This document shows, in pieces, positions 19,654 to 30,074 of a stretch of 64,000 bases of DNA. Numbering within the stretch: position 1 is the stretch's first letter; the number at the start of each line of letters is the position of its first letter. A program made the position numbers and the translations under genes. The notes below the pieces were generated by a model that did not search any database, was not told the origin of the DNA, and saw only the letters and a program-made list of their open reading frames with translations. Source of the DNA: an uncultured Bacilli bacterium (GTDB lineage: Bacteria > Bacillota_I > Bacilli_A > RF39 > UBA660); NCBI GenBank assembly GCA_944350315.1, contig CALVON010000041.1:7093-71092 (forward strand), in the 5' to 3' direction.

Positions 19654-20417
19654 TGAAAACAACAGACTTAGTAAGTATTGTTATACCTGTATATAATGCT
19701 GAAAAATATTTAAAAGATACAATTGATACAATACAAAATCAAACTTATGATAATTGGGAAGCTATTTTTGTTGATGATTGTTCTAATGATAATTCTGTTA
19801 GTATTATAAAAAAAGAACAAAAAAAAGATAAAAGAATTAAATTAATAAAAAATGAAGTAAATAGTGGAGCAGCTGTTTCAAGAAATAATGGTGTAAATAA
19901 TTCTCAAGGAACTTTTTTATGTTATTTAGATGCTGATGATAAATGGGATAGTAAAAAAATAGAAAAACAAGTAAATTTTATGAAGAAAAAGAAATGTGCT
20001 TTTTCTTTTACTGGTTATGAATTTTGTGATGAATATTGTAATCCAAATGGTAAAAAAGTTTATGTTCCAGATAATATTAATTATAAGCAAGCTTTAAAAA
20101 ATACTACTATATGGACAAGTACAGTTATGTTTAATATGCAAAAATTGTCAAAAGAAGATATACAGATGCCGAATGTAAGAAGAGGGCAGGATACTGCTAC
20201 TTGGTGGAAAGTTTTAAGAGCTAAAGTAGATATGGCTTATGGATTAAATGAAATACTTTCATTTTATAGAAGAGATAAAGGAAGTTTATCTTCTAATAAA
20301 ATAAAAGCATTAAAAAGAACATGGAATTTATATCGTAATGTAGAAAAATTAAGTTTCATTTCAAGTACTTATAATTTTATTTGGTATTGTTTTAATGCGG
20401 TTAGGAGAAGGGCTTAA
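19653..20417 (+). CDS. Glycosyltransferase family 2
   Basis: 254 aa. VSIVIPVYNAEKYL and DDCSND are the GT2 DxD-type motifs. Confidence 0.8.
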   Translation: MKTTDLVSIVIPVYNAEKYLKDTIDTIQNQTYDNWEAIFVDDCSNDNSVSIIKKEQKKDKRIKLIKNEVNSGAAVSRNNGVNNSQGTFLCYLDADDKWDSKKIEKQVNFMKKKKCAFSFTGYEFCDEYCNPNGKKVYVPDNINYKQALKNTTIWTSTVMFNMQKLSKEDIQMPNVRRGQDTATWWKVLRAKVDMAYGLNEILSFYRRDKGSLSSNKIKALKRTWNLYRNVEKLSFISSTYNFIWYCFNAVRRRA

Positions 20418-21460
20418 TGATGAAGAAAATTTGTATTTGTGGGCATTTTGCCAATAATACAGAATCATATAATGGACAGACAATAAAAACTAGAATTATC
20501 TATGATGAATTAAAAAAAATATATGGTGAAGAAAATTTATATAAAATAGATACATTTATGTGGAAAAAAAAAGCTATCCGTTTATTCTTAAGTTGCTTAA
20601 AAATATCAAAAAAATCTACAGATATTATAATTTTACCTGCGCATAAAGGGGTAAAAGTATTTATTCCATTATTTAATTTTTTTAAAAAAATTTATAATTT
20701 TAAATTGCATTATATTGTGATAGGAGGTTGGTTGCCACCTTTAGCCCAAAATAATGCCTTTTTAAAAAATGAATTAAAGAAAGTTGACTATATATATTTA
20801 GAAAATAATAAAACAATAGAACAATTAAAAAAAATGGGAGTGAAAAATTTATATTTAATGAAAAACTTTAAAAATCTTGTAATATCTAATTATCAATATA
20901 AACCAGATTTAAAGGTTTTTAAATGTTGTATTTTTTCTAGAATTGAATCGAGGAAAGGAATCAGTCAAGCAATTGATGTTATTGCAAAGATTAATTTATC
21001 ACAAAATAAAAATACAAAAATAATTTTGGACATTTATGGACAAATATCAGATGATTATAAAAAAGAATTTGAATATAAAGTTACTAAAAATCAGACATAT
21101 GTTAGTTATAAGGGCAAAATTAATTTCTATAAAAGCGTAAATACTATTGAAAAATATGATTTGTTGTTATTTCCCACTATGTATTATACAGAAGGAATTC
21201 CTGGTACAATAATTGATGCTCTGTTTGCAGGTTTACCAATTCTTGCTGCAAGATGGGAAAACTATGATGAAATGTTAGAAGATGAAATAACTGGATTTAG
21301 TTATGAAATGAATAATGTAAATGAATTTTATAAAAAGTTAAGTTATATATTGAAAAATAGAAATCAATTAGAAAAAATAAGAAAAAATTGTCGTGAACGA
21401 GCAAAAAAATACATGCCTAATTCATGCTTAAAAGTATTGTTGAAAAATATAGGTGATTAA
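20417..21460 (+). CDS. Glycosyltransferase family 4 (GT1-fold)
   Basis: 347 aa. C-terminal EGIPGTIIDALFAGLPIL and E..TGF motifs. Confidence 0.7.
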   Translation: MMKKICICGHFANNTESYNGQTIKTRIIYDELKKIYGEENLYKIDTFMWKKKAIRLFLSCLKISKKSTDIIILPAHKGVKVFIPLFNFFKKIYNFKLHYIVIGGWLPPLAQNNAFLKNELKKVDYIYLENNKTIEQLKKMGVKNLYLMKNFKNLVISNYQYKPDLKVFKCCIFSRIESRKGISQAIDVIAKINLSQNKNTKIILDIYGQISDDYKKEFEYKVTKNQTYVSYKGKINFYKSVNTIEKYDLLLFPTMYYTEGIPGTIIDALFAGLPILAARWENYDEMLEDEITGFSYEMNNVNEFYKKLSYILKNRNQLEKIRKNCRERAKKYMPNSCLKVLLKNIGD

Positions 21461-21462
21461 CT

Positions 21463-22368
21463 ATGGCTTTAAATATATTTTATATAAAAAAATGGTATAA
21501 AATGATAGTGGGGAAAAGTATATTGCATGTTGACCAACCAGCAGGCAAACTTTATAGCAAGACAACAATAAAAGGATATTATAATGATTTAAGAGAAAAA
21601 GTAATTAAAGAAAACATTGATATAGACAAACTGCCAAAAACTGAATTACCTAATGGTAAGAAAATAGACTTTTCTATTGCAATATTTCAATATGGATTAG
21701 GAGCTTATGATTTATATTTAGAAACAAATAAAAAAAATTATTATTTAAGATTTATGAAAAGCGTAACATGGGCTGAAAAAAATCAAGATTCTAATGGTGG
21801 TTGGAAAACATTTGAGCATGAAGCTAATAATCCTTATTCATCAATGGCGCAAGGAGAAGGTATTTCGTTATTGTTGAGAGCTTATCAAGAAACAAAAAAA
21901 AATAAATACTTAAATATGGCAGCAAAAGCGATTAATTTTATGCAAAAAAGTATTGATGAAAATGGTTGCACAGAATATAATTTCGATGATATTTATTTAA
22001 AAGAATTTCCTGAAAAATCGACAGTTTTAAATGGTTGGATTTTTTCATTGTTTGGAATATATGATTATTTATTGTTAGTAGATGATTATAATATAAAAAC
22101 ATTCTTTGATAATTCATTACAAACTTTAATAAGAAAATTACCAGATTTTGATAATGGATATTGGAGTAAATATGATTTAAACAAAAAAATTGCAAGTCCA
22201 TTCTATCATAATTTACATATAGAATTATTGAAAGTATTATATGAATTAACTGGGGAAAAAATATTAGAGGAATATTCAAAAAAATTCGATTATTACAAAA
22301 ATAAGAAAATTAATAAAATTTTTGCTTTTATAAAAAAAGCTATTCAAAAAATTATTGAAAGGGAGTAA
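21463..22368 (+). CDS. D-glucuronyl C5-epimerase C-terminal-domain homologue
   Basis: 301 aa. [33 protein letters not shown] aligns with human GLCE [47 protein letters not shown] aligns with [26 protein letters not shown] aligns with YHTTHINQLQLL. Confidence 0.7.
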   Translation: [301 protein letters not shown]

Positions 22369-22370
22369 AA

Positions 22371-23456
22371 ATGAAAAGACTTTTATGTATTGTGGGAAGT
22401 ATGAATGCAGGCGGTGCTGAAACTTTTCTGATGAAAATATATAGACAATTGGATAAAAATGAATATCAAATGGATTTTTGTGTAGCAGAGCAATCAAAAA
22501 ATTTTTATGAAGATGAGATTAAACTTTTAGGTGGAAAAATGTATAGGATTACTCCTAAATCAAAAAATCCTATAAAAAATTTTAATGATATTAGACAAAT
22601 AGTAAAAAAAAATAATTATTTATATGTAATTCGAATTTCTCAAAATTCACTTTCTTCTTTAGAATTGTTGGCTGCTAAAATTGGTGGTGCCAAAAAGTTA
22701 ATATTTAGATCAAGTAATACTGATGTATATGGTAAAAAAATTGAAAAAATTATTCATTATCTATTTAGACCTTTAGCAAATAGTATATCAAATGTTAAAA
22801 TAGCACCTTCTAAAGACGCAGGGAAATTTATGTTTGGAAGAAATAAATTTACTGTAATTAACAATGGGTTAAATATTAGTGATTATGCATTTTCTTTATC
22901 AGATAGGAAGAAGTATCGAAAACAATTTGGAATAGATGATGATAATAGAATAATAATAGGGCATGTAGGAAGATTCAATGTTCAAAAAAATCATAAATTT
23001 TTGGTTGAAATTTTTTTTGAATACCATAAACATAATGAAAATAGTGAACTTTGGTTATTTGGAATGGGTGAAAAAGAAAAGGAAATAAAAAAAATGGTCA
23101 AAGAATTTAACATACAGGATTCAGTAAAGTTTATGGGTGTAAAAAAGGAAATTAACAAGATATATTCTGCGATGGATTGTTTCATATTCCCATCGCTATT
23201 TGAAGGAATGCCCAATACTGTTATTGAAGCTCAAACCTCTGGCTTGCCTTGTTTGGTTTCTAAAAATATAACATCCGATTGTAATATTACGGGAGATGTT
23301 TGCTTTCTTCCATTGAGTGATAATATTAATTTATGGATAGATAACATACATTTCAATAATGAAAAAAGAAGAGAAAAACAGTTTAATTATATTAAAAAAG
23401 CAAATTATGATATTGAAGATGTTGTAAAGATTTTTGTAGAGAAAGTATATAGGTAG
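22371..23456 (+). CDS. Glycosyltransferase family 4
   Basis: 361 aa with the EGMPNTVIEAQTSGLPCLVS motif. Confidence 0.75.
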   Translation: MKRLLCIVGSMNAGGAETFLMKIYRQLDKNEYQMDFCVAEQSKNFYEDEIKLLGGKMYRITPKSKNPIKNFNDIRQIVKKNNYLYVIRISQNSLSSLELLAAKIGGAKKLIFRSSNTDVYGKKIEKIIHYLFRPLANSISNVKIAPSKDAGKFMFGRNKFTVINNGLNISDYAFSLSDRKKYRKQFGIDDDNRIIIGHVGRFNVQKNHKFLVEIFFEYHKHNENSELWLFGMGEKEKEIKKMVKEFNIQDSVKFMGVKKEINKIYSAMDCFIFPSLFEGMPNTVIEAQTSGLPCLVSKNITSDCNITGDVCFLPLSDNINLWIDNIHFNNEKRREKQFNYIKKANYDIEDVVKIFVEKVYR

Positions 23457-23463
23457 ATGTATT

Positions 23464-24795
23464 ATGAATATAGAAAACAAAATCATTTTGGTGCTTATTT
23501 ATTTGATTATGTTAATTATATCTACTTTATGTTTGTATTTAAGATTTAAAAAACTAAAGAAAATAAGAATTATTGACTTTTTTAATATATACTACATTAT
23601 TGTTTATTTTTTAGTGCCCATATTTTATTTATATAGTTCTTCCCCAAAATTTAATATTAAATATTCTATTTTTTTATCATATGGCTTTAAATATCATTTA
23701 CTATCATGCTTTATGTCAATTATATTTTATGTATTAATTAATTTATTTTATAAATATATAAAAATTAATATACATTCAAAAAAAGAAGAAGAAATCGTAA
23801 TAAATGATAAAATATTCTTTTCATTAAATTTTCTCTTTTCAGTTATTGGAATTTTTTCCTTTTATATGTGGTCAAAAGTATACGGATTCCCTTTTGGTAT
23901 AATAAAATATGCAGATTTATTGAGGGATAATAAGGTGATAATAGATAATCCTTTTACTTTTTTTCAACCTTTTTGTAATTTTGCTTTGTATGCTTCATAC
24001 TTATGGTTAATACTAATTAAGCAATACAAGAAAAGGACAAATAAAATTTTAGCATTTTTATTGTTTTTAATTACATTCTTTTTCTCAGTTTTATCAACAT
24101 TAGCTACAGACAGTAGAATGTCTATTATTACATTATTTTTAGTACCTATAATTTATTTTTTGAATTCAAATAAGTTATCATTAAAAAAAATTTGGGTTAT
24201 AGGGATTTTTTCCATTATTATGTTAGGTAATATGAATAGTATTACATATTTTATTCGTAATGGTGAAATAAACGAAAATTACGTCAATGAAAATAATATT
24301 TTCTTTTTATTGTCTTATGAATTTGGCTTTACTTATTCAAATCGTATAAATTTACTATATAATATAGAGCATAGAGAGGTTAAAATAACTGCACCCAACG
24401 ATTTAGCAAATATATTGTTGTCATGGGTGCCGAAAAGCATGAAACCTACTGGATTAAACACGCTAGGTCGTTATAATACAACTTTGTATACATATGCATC
24501 TGGCACTATACCAACGGATATTGTAACCGCTTCAATATATAAGGCAAGAATTATTGGGCTGATATTGTTGCCACTTTTTGTTGGGAGCATAATAAAATTG
24601 TTAGATGCTTTTTTTGCCCATAAAAAAAGTCCATTTTATAAAATAATTTTTGCTATTATTTGTGTTATAATTGATTTACGATTAGTAGCTTATTATGATT
24701 TATCAGAGTTACTGTTTAGTAGATTCGCACTGATTATTTATTATTTTTCATTAATAATTTTATGTAAAAGGAGGAATATTAATGAAAATGTTTAA
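23464..24795 (+). CDS. Polysaccharide polymerase (Wzy / O-antigen ligase-like), polytopic
   Basis: 443 aa with at least 10 predicted TM helices. Located inside the glycosyltransferase cluster. Confidence 0.55.
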   Translation: MNIENKIILVLIYLIMLIISTLCLYLRFKKLKKIRIIDFFNIYYIIVYFLVPIFYLYSSSPKFNIKYSIFLSYGFKYHLLSCFMSIIFYVLINLFYKYIKINIHSKKEEEIVINDKIFFSLNFLFSVIGIFSFYMWSKVYGFPFGIIKYADLLRDNKVIIDNPFTFFQPFCNFALYASYLWLILIKQYKKRTNKILAFLLFLITFFFSVLSTLATDSRMSIITLFLVPIIYFLNSNKLSLKKIWVIGIFSIIMLGNMNSITYFIRNGEINENYVNENNIFFLLSYEFGFTYSNRINLLYNIEHREVKITAPNDLANILLSWVPKSMKPTGLNTLGRYNTTLYTYASGTIPTDIVTASIYKARIIGLILLPLFVGSIIKLLDAFFAHKKSPFYKIIFAIICVIIDLRLVAYYDLSELLFSRFALIIYYFSLIILCKRRNINENV

Positions 24796-25693
24796 TTATT
24801 TATTACATCCACAAAAAATTATTTTATTTTTAATGGATAAAAGATTTTTTGATTTTATTCCTGATAAACAATATCTAAAAATTAAGTATTTTCTTCGCAC
24901 TGGGAAGAAACTTGATTTAGTGAATCCACATTTATTTAACGAAAAGTTGCAATGGCTAAAACTATATGATAGGAAAGATATATATACTATTATGGTAGAT
25001 AAATTTGCCGCAAAACAATATGTAGAAAAAATTATTGGGAAACAATATATTATTCCCACTATCGGGCTTTACAATTCATTTGAAGAAATTAATTTTAACG
25101 ATCTGCCATCTCAATTTGTTATGAAATGTACACATGATTCCGGTGGGATAATTATAGTAAAAAATAAAAAAGAAATTGATTTTTCTTCTGTGAAAAAGAA
25201 AATCAAAAAATTTTTGAAAAGAAAATACTATTATGTTCATAGAGAATGGCCATATAAAAACGTAGTACCAAAAATTATTATAGAAAAATATATGAAAGAT
25301 AAAGTAAGCGATGAACTTATAGATTATAAAGTCATGTGTTTTAACGGGATTCCTAAAATTATTTTCACTTGTACCGATAGGTTTAAAGATTCACTAAAAG
25401 TTACTTTTTTTGATTTGAATTGGAATAAAATGCCATTTGAAAGAAAATATCCTTCATCTAACGAAAAAATTTCAAAACCAGTAAATTTAAATGAAATGCT
25501 AAAGCTATCTAAAAAATTAGCTCAAGATATTCCCTTTGTGAGAATAGATTGGTATGAAATAAATGGAAAATTGTATTTTGGGGAGCTCACTTTTTTTCCT
25601 GGAAGTGGATATGAAGTTTTTAACCCTATTGAATGGGATAAAAAATTAGGTGATATGTTAGAATTAAATTTGGAGAATAAAAATGAGAAGTAA
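24782..25693 (+). CDS. TupA-like ATP-grasp protein
   Basis: 303 aa. QFVMKCTHDSGGIIIVKNK matches the ATPgrasp_TupA family of the teichuronopeptide TupA type. Confidence 0.6.
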   Translation: MKMFNYLLHPQKIILFLMDKRFFDFIPDKQYLKIKYFLRTGKKLDLVNPHLFNEKLQWLKLYDRKDIYTIMVDKFAAKQYVEKIIGKQYIIPTIGLYNSFEEINFNDLPSQFVMKCTHDSGGIIIVKNKKEIDFSSVKKKIKKFLKRKYYYVHREWPYKNVVPKIIIEKYMKDKVSDELIDYKVMCFNGIPKIIFTCTDRFKDSLKVTFFDLNWNKMPFERKYPSSNEKISKPVNLNEMLKLSKKLAQDIPFVRIDWYEINGKLYFGELTFFPGSGYEVFNPIEWDKKLGDMLELNLENKNEK

Positions 25694-27206
25694 AAAAGTG
25701 ATATATAATGTTGTTTCCAATTTTATTTTACAAGTTATTGTTATTATTTATGGCTTTATTGTTCCCAAAATAATTATTAGCCAATACGGCTCTGAAGTTA
25801 ATGGTCTAATTTCTTCAATTAGTAATTTTTTGTGTTACATTGCAATTTTAGACTCTGGTTTTACTGCCGTAGTAAAATCAGTGCTATATAAACCAATATC
25901 TGCAAAGGAAAATATAACCATAAATAGTATATTAAAATCTTCAGATATTTTCTTTAAAAAGATAGGTATTATTTTTATTATATATTCTTTATTATTATCT
26001 TTAGTTTACCCTATTATTGTTAATTGCGAATATAATTATTTTTTCACATTTATTTTGATTTTAATATTATCTATTTCCATGTTTGCCGAATATTATTTTG
26101 GAATGGTATACAGAATATTTTTGCAGGCTAATCAAAAAAGTTATATTATTTCAAATATTCAAATAATTATATATATTTTAACAATTATATTAACTATAAT
26201 TTTGGCTAGATTAAATGTATCTATTCTCTTACTCAAATTATTTACTTGTTTTATTTTTTTATTAAGACCGATTCTACAAAATCTATATGTTAAAAAAAAA
26301 TATGACATAAACTTGTCATCTGTAAAAGATAATTATAAGATTGAAAAAAAATGGGATGGGTTAGCGCAACACATTGCCTCGGTAATACATAGCAATACGG
26401 ATATAACTGTTTTAACATTCTTTTGCACTTTATCAGAAGTATCAATATATACTATATATTATTTAGTTGTTAAAGGAGTAAAACAATTGATTCAATCATT
26501 TGTTAGTGGCATTGATTCTTTCTTTGGAGACATGATTGCAAAAAACGAGCTAAACAACTTAAATAAAAAATTTAATTTATTTGAAATTATTTATTATACT
26601 ATAACAACTATATGTTTTTCTTGTACAATTATTTTAATTGTTCCTTTCATCAAAGTATATACCTTAGGAATTACCGATATAAATTATATTCGATATACTT
26701 TTGGTTGCCTAATAGTAATTAGTGAATATATTTGGGCGATAAGATTACCATATAGTAACTTAGTTTTAGCGGCAGGTAATTTTAAAGAAACAACGCCTGG
26801 TGCATGGGTTGAGTGCTTTTCTAATTTCATAATATCATTTATTTTAGTTTTTAAATATGGCTTGATAGGGGTTGCCATTGGGACGATTATTGCAATGTTT
26901 ATTAGAACTTGTGAACTTATGTATCATTGTAATAAGAATATTTTACATAGACCAATATATCAAAGTATTCGCAAAATAATTATCATTGTAATACAAACAT
27001 TAATAATTATATTTATTTGTAATAAATTGCCATATTTAAATAACACAGGATATCTGAATTTAATAATTAATGGCATTATGACTTTTTCAGTAGCCTGTCT
27101 TGTTACTATACTATTTAATATACTTATATATAAAAATGAAATTAGAGAAATTAGCAAAATAATAAAAAAAATTATAGAGAAAGGAAGAAAACATTACAAT
27201 GCATAA
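25683..27206 (+). CDS. Wzx-type polysaccharide flippase (MOP superfamily)
   Basis: 507 aa with about 12-14 TM helices, inside the polysaccharide locus. Confidence 0.65.
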   Translation: MRSKKVIYNVVSNFILQVIVIIYGFIVPKIIISQYGSEVNGLISSISNFLCYIAILDSGFTAVVKSVLYKPISAKENITINSILKSSDIFFKKIGIIFIIYSLLLSLVYPIIVNCEYNYFFTFILILILSISMFAEYYFGMVYRIFLQANQKSYIISNIQIIIYILTIILTIILARLNVSILLLKLFTCFIFLLRPILQNLYVKKKYDINLSSVKDNYKIEKKWDGLAQHIASVIHSNTDITVLTFFCTLSEVSIYTIYYLVVKGVKQLIQSFVSGIDSFFGDMIAKNELNNLNKKFNLFEIIYYTITTICFSCTIILIVPFIKVYTLGITDINYIRYTFGCLIVISEYIWAIRLPYSNLVLAAGNFKETTPGAWVECFSNFIISFILVFKYGLIGVAIGTIIAMFIRTCELMYHCNKNILHRPIYQSIRKIIIIVIQTLIIIFICNKLPYLNNTGYLNLIINGIMTFSVACLVTILFNILIYKNEIREISKIIKKIIEKGRKHYNA

Positions 27207-27741
27207 AAAAATTATTTACAGTTTAAGAAATTTTTATTTAAAAGCAAAATATAGAAAAAAAATAAATTTTAAAAATGGTAAATTTTCAAAAAATCGTTTT
27301 TCTTCAATAAAAAACATTAACATTGTTACAGGTAAAATAGTTATTAATGGTAGATTACATATGAAGCACAATTCATTGATTGCAACAAATAATAATGGAA
27401 TTCTTGAAATAGGGAATGCTTGTTTTATAAATTGTAATACGATTATTGCATCATTAGGGAAAATAACAATTGGTAATAATGTTTCTATAGGTCCTAATGT
27501 ATGTATTTATGATCATGATCATGATTACAACGAGAAAGGCCAAATCCTAGGAAAATATAAGATTGGAAAAATAACAATTGGTAATAATGTTTGGATAGGT
27601 GCTGGAGCGGTAATTTTAAAAAACACAATTATTGGAGATAATTGTGTTATCGGAGCTGGAACTATAGTAAAAGGTGAGATACCAGCGAATTCATTGATAA
27701 TTAATGATAGAGAAATTATTGTGAAAAAATTAAAATCATAA
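27199..27741 (+). CDS. Hexapeptide-repeat acetyltransferase (maltose/galactoside O-acetyltransferase-like)
   Basis: 180 aa. Left-handed beta-helix repeats: IGNNVSIGPNV and IGNNVWIGAGAVI. Confidence 0.75.
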   Translation: MHKKIIYSLRNFYLKAKYRKKINFKNGKFSKNRFSSIKNINIVTGKIVINGRLHMKHNSLIATNNNGILEIGNACFINCNTIIASLGKITIGNNVSIGPNVCIYDHDHDYNEKGQILGKYKIGKITIGNNVWIGAGAVILKNTIIGDNCVIGAGTIVKGEIPANSLIINDREIIVKKLKS

Positions 27742-27916
27742 AATTAAAGATTTTTTTTACCTAAAACATAAGCTAATGTGACAAATTACAATATTAAAAA
27801 TACAATTAAATTTACATTGAGCATACTTAATTTTTTCTTATCATTATAAAATACCAAGCAATATAATAATTTATCAATGTTAAACTTTATAAAACAGTAT
27901 TGAAAGGAAATAAAAA

Positions 27917-28441
27917 ATGAAAAATAAAATATATAACTTATTATTTAATAATGTTGAAAAAGATACCAAAGAATTTCTTAGAAAATATCAGAAGCTACGA
28001 AACAGTAGCATTATTAAAAAATATTTTATAATATATAAATTAAATAAAATAGCGAATAAATATAATTCATTTGTTGGCTTAAATGCCAAACTTGGTAAAA
28101 ATATTGTTTTTCCACATGGATTAAATGGTATATTTATTTCAAATGGTGCTGAAATAGGGGATAATTGCGTTATTTTTCATCAAGTGACTATTGGGTCAAA
28201 TAATTTAGAAGGTAGCAAGAGAAATGGTTCACCAAAAATAGGAAATAATGTCTATATAGGAGCCGGCGCTAAAATAATTGGCAATGTTAAAGTAGGAGAT
28301 AATGTTAGAATTGGTGCCAATTGTGTTGTATCAAAAGACGTTGAAGCAAATAGTACAATTGTGCTTGGGGAAAATAGAATAATTAAGCATAATAATAAAT
28401 TAAAAAATGAATTTATAGCGTGGAAAAACAAAGGAGAATGA
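27917..28441 (+). CDS. Hexapeptide-repeat acetyltransferase (serine O-acetyltransferase-like)
   Basis: 174 aa. Repeats IGDNCVIFHQVTIG and IGNNVYIGAGAKIIGNVKVGDNVRIGAN. Confidence 0.7.
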   Translation: MKNKIYNLLFNNVEKDTKEFLRKYQKLRNSSIIKKYFIIYKLNKIANKYNSFVGLNAKLGKNIVFPHGLNGIFISNGAEIGDNCVIFHQVTIGSNNLEGSKRNGSPKIGNNVYIGAGAKIIGNVKVGDNVRIGANCVVSKDVEANSTIVLGENRIIKHNNKLKNEFIAWKNKGE

Positions 28442-28444
28442 AAT

Positions 28445-29611
28445 ATGAAAATAGCAGTAGCAGGTACTGGGTATGTAGGTTTATCTTTAGCTACATTACT
28501 TAGTCAAAATAATGAGGTATATGCATTAGATGTTATACCAGAGAAAGTAGAAAAAATAAATAAAAGAATTAGTCCTATTGAGGATGAATATATTGAAAAA
28601 TATTTTAAAGAAAAGAAATTAAATTTAAAGGCCACTTTAGATTATAAAGAAGCATTTAGTGATGCAAAATATATAATTATTAGTACTCCTACTAATTATG
28701 ATTCTGATCTTAATTATTTTGATACTTCTTCAGTAGAAGATATTATTGAAAAAGTATTAAGTCTAGGTAGTAATACTACTATGATTATTAAATCTACTGT
28801 TCCAGTAGGATATACTGAAAGTATTAAGAAAAAATATAATATAAATAATATTATATTTAGTCCTGAATTTTTAAGAGAGGGAAAAGCTTTATATGATAAT
28901 TTATATCCATCTAGAATTATCATGGGAGATATTTCTGATGAGGCTCATGAATTTGCTAATTTATTAAAAAGTAATGCATTAAAAGAAGATATTGAAATTA
29001 AATATATGAATTCTACTGAAGCAGAGGCTGTAAAATTATTCTCTAATACTTATTTAGCTTTAAGAGTAGCATATTTTAATGAGTTAGATACTTATGCAGA
29101 ACTTAAAGGATTAAATACTAAAGATATTATTGATGGAGTATGTCTAGATCCTAGAATTGGAAACTATTATAATAATCCTTCTTTTGGATATGGTGGATAT
29201 TGTTTACCTAAAGATACTAAGCAATTACGTGCTAATTATAAAGATGTTCCAGAAAATTTAATTAGTGCTATTGTAGAAGCAAATACTACTAGAAAAAATC
29301 ATATTGCTAATATGATTATCAGTAGAAATCCTAAAATAGTTGGTATATATAGACTAACTATGAAAAGTGGTTCTGATAACTTTAGAGCTAGTGCTATTCA
29401 AGATGTTATGAATAAAATTAAAGATAATGGTATTGATATAGTTATTTATGAACCTACTTTAAAAGATGAATATTTTAATGATATTAAAGTAATTCATGAT
29501 CTAGATATGTTTAAAGATATGTCTGATGTTATTTTAGTAAATAGACTAGAAGATGATATTACTGATGTTATAGATAAAATATATACTAGAGATTTATTTA
29601 TAAGAGATTAA
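28445..29611 (+). CDS. ugd: UDP-glucose 6-dehydrogenase
   Basis: 388 aa. N-terminal [12 protein letters not shown] Rossmann fold and catalytic [10 protein letters not shown]. Confidence 0.85.
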   Translation: MKIAVAGTGYVGLSLATLLSQNNEVYALDVIPEKVEKINKRISPIEDEYIEKYFKEKKLNLKATLDYKEAFSDAKYIIISTPTNYDSDLNYFDTSSVEDIIEKVLSLGSNTTMIIKSTVPVGYTESIKKKYNINNIIFSPEFLREGKALYDNLYPSRIIMGDISDEAHEFANLLKSNALKEDIEIKYMNSTEAEAVKLFSNTYLALRVAYFNELDTYAELKGLNTKDIIDGVCLDPRIGNYYNNPSFGYGGYCLPKDTKQLRANYKDVPENLISAIVEANTTRKNHIANMIISRNPKIVGIYRLTMKSGSDNFRASAIQDVMNKIKDNGIDIVIYEPTLKDEYFNDIKVIHDLDMFKDMSDVILVNRLEDDITDVIDKIYTRDLFIRD

Positions 29612-29631
29612 TATATATCATATATTTTAGT

Positions 29632-29997
29632 ATGATTGATTATGATAGAATTAAAGAAACAAAGATTGAAGATTTTATATTTATTATCTATTATATAATT
29701 ATTACTATATCTTTATATGCTAATAAAATAGAAAGAGAATATTTAATATATAAAGATGATAAAGATAAAGAAAAATATCGTCATTTAATGTATATTATTT
29801 TTGGAATTGCTATCTTAGTATATATATATTATTTAACTACTAATATTAAAGATTTAAATAGTAGTAATGATGATAAGGTTAATTATTTAAATAAGTTATC
29901 TTTATTAGCTAGTTTTTTAGTATTAATTAGTGGTATTATTTATATATATATTATTAGTCAAGATAAAGATGTTTCTGTAGAATTAGCATTTAATTAA
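29632..29997 (+). CDS. Small membrane protein
   Basis: 121 aa with two or three TM helices. Confidence 0.4.
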   Translation: MIDYDRIKETKIEDFIFIIYYIIITISLYANKIEREYLIYKDDKDKEKYRHLMYIIFGIAILVYIYYLTTNIKDLNSSNDDKVNYLNKLSLLASFLVLISGIIYIYIISQDKDVSVELAFN

Positions 29998-30074
29998 AAG
30001 AATATTGAATAAAATATTCTTTTTTAGTTTTATTAATAAAATTGATTATAAAAAAAGAATAAAAATTATTTCAT

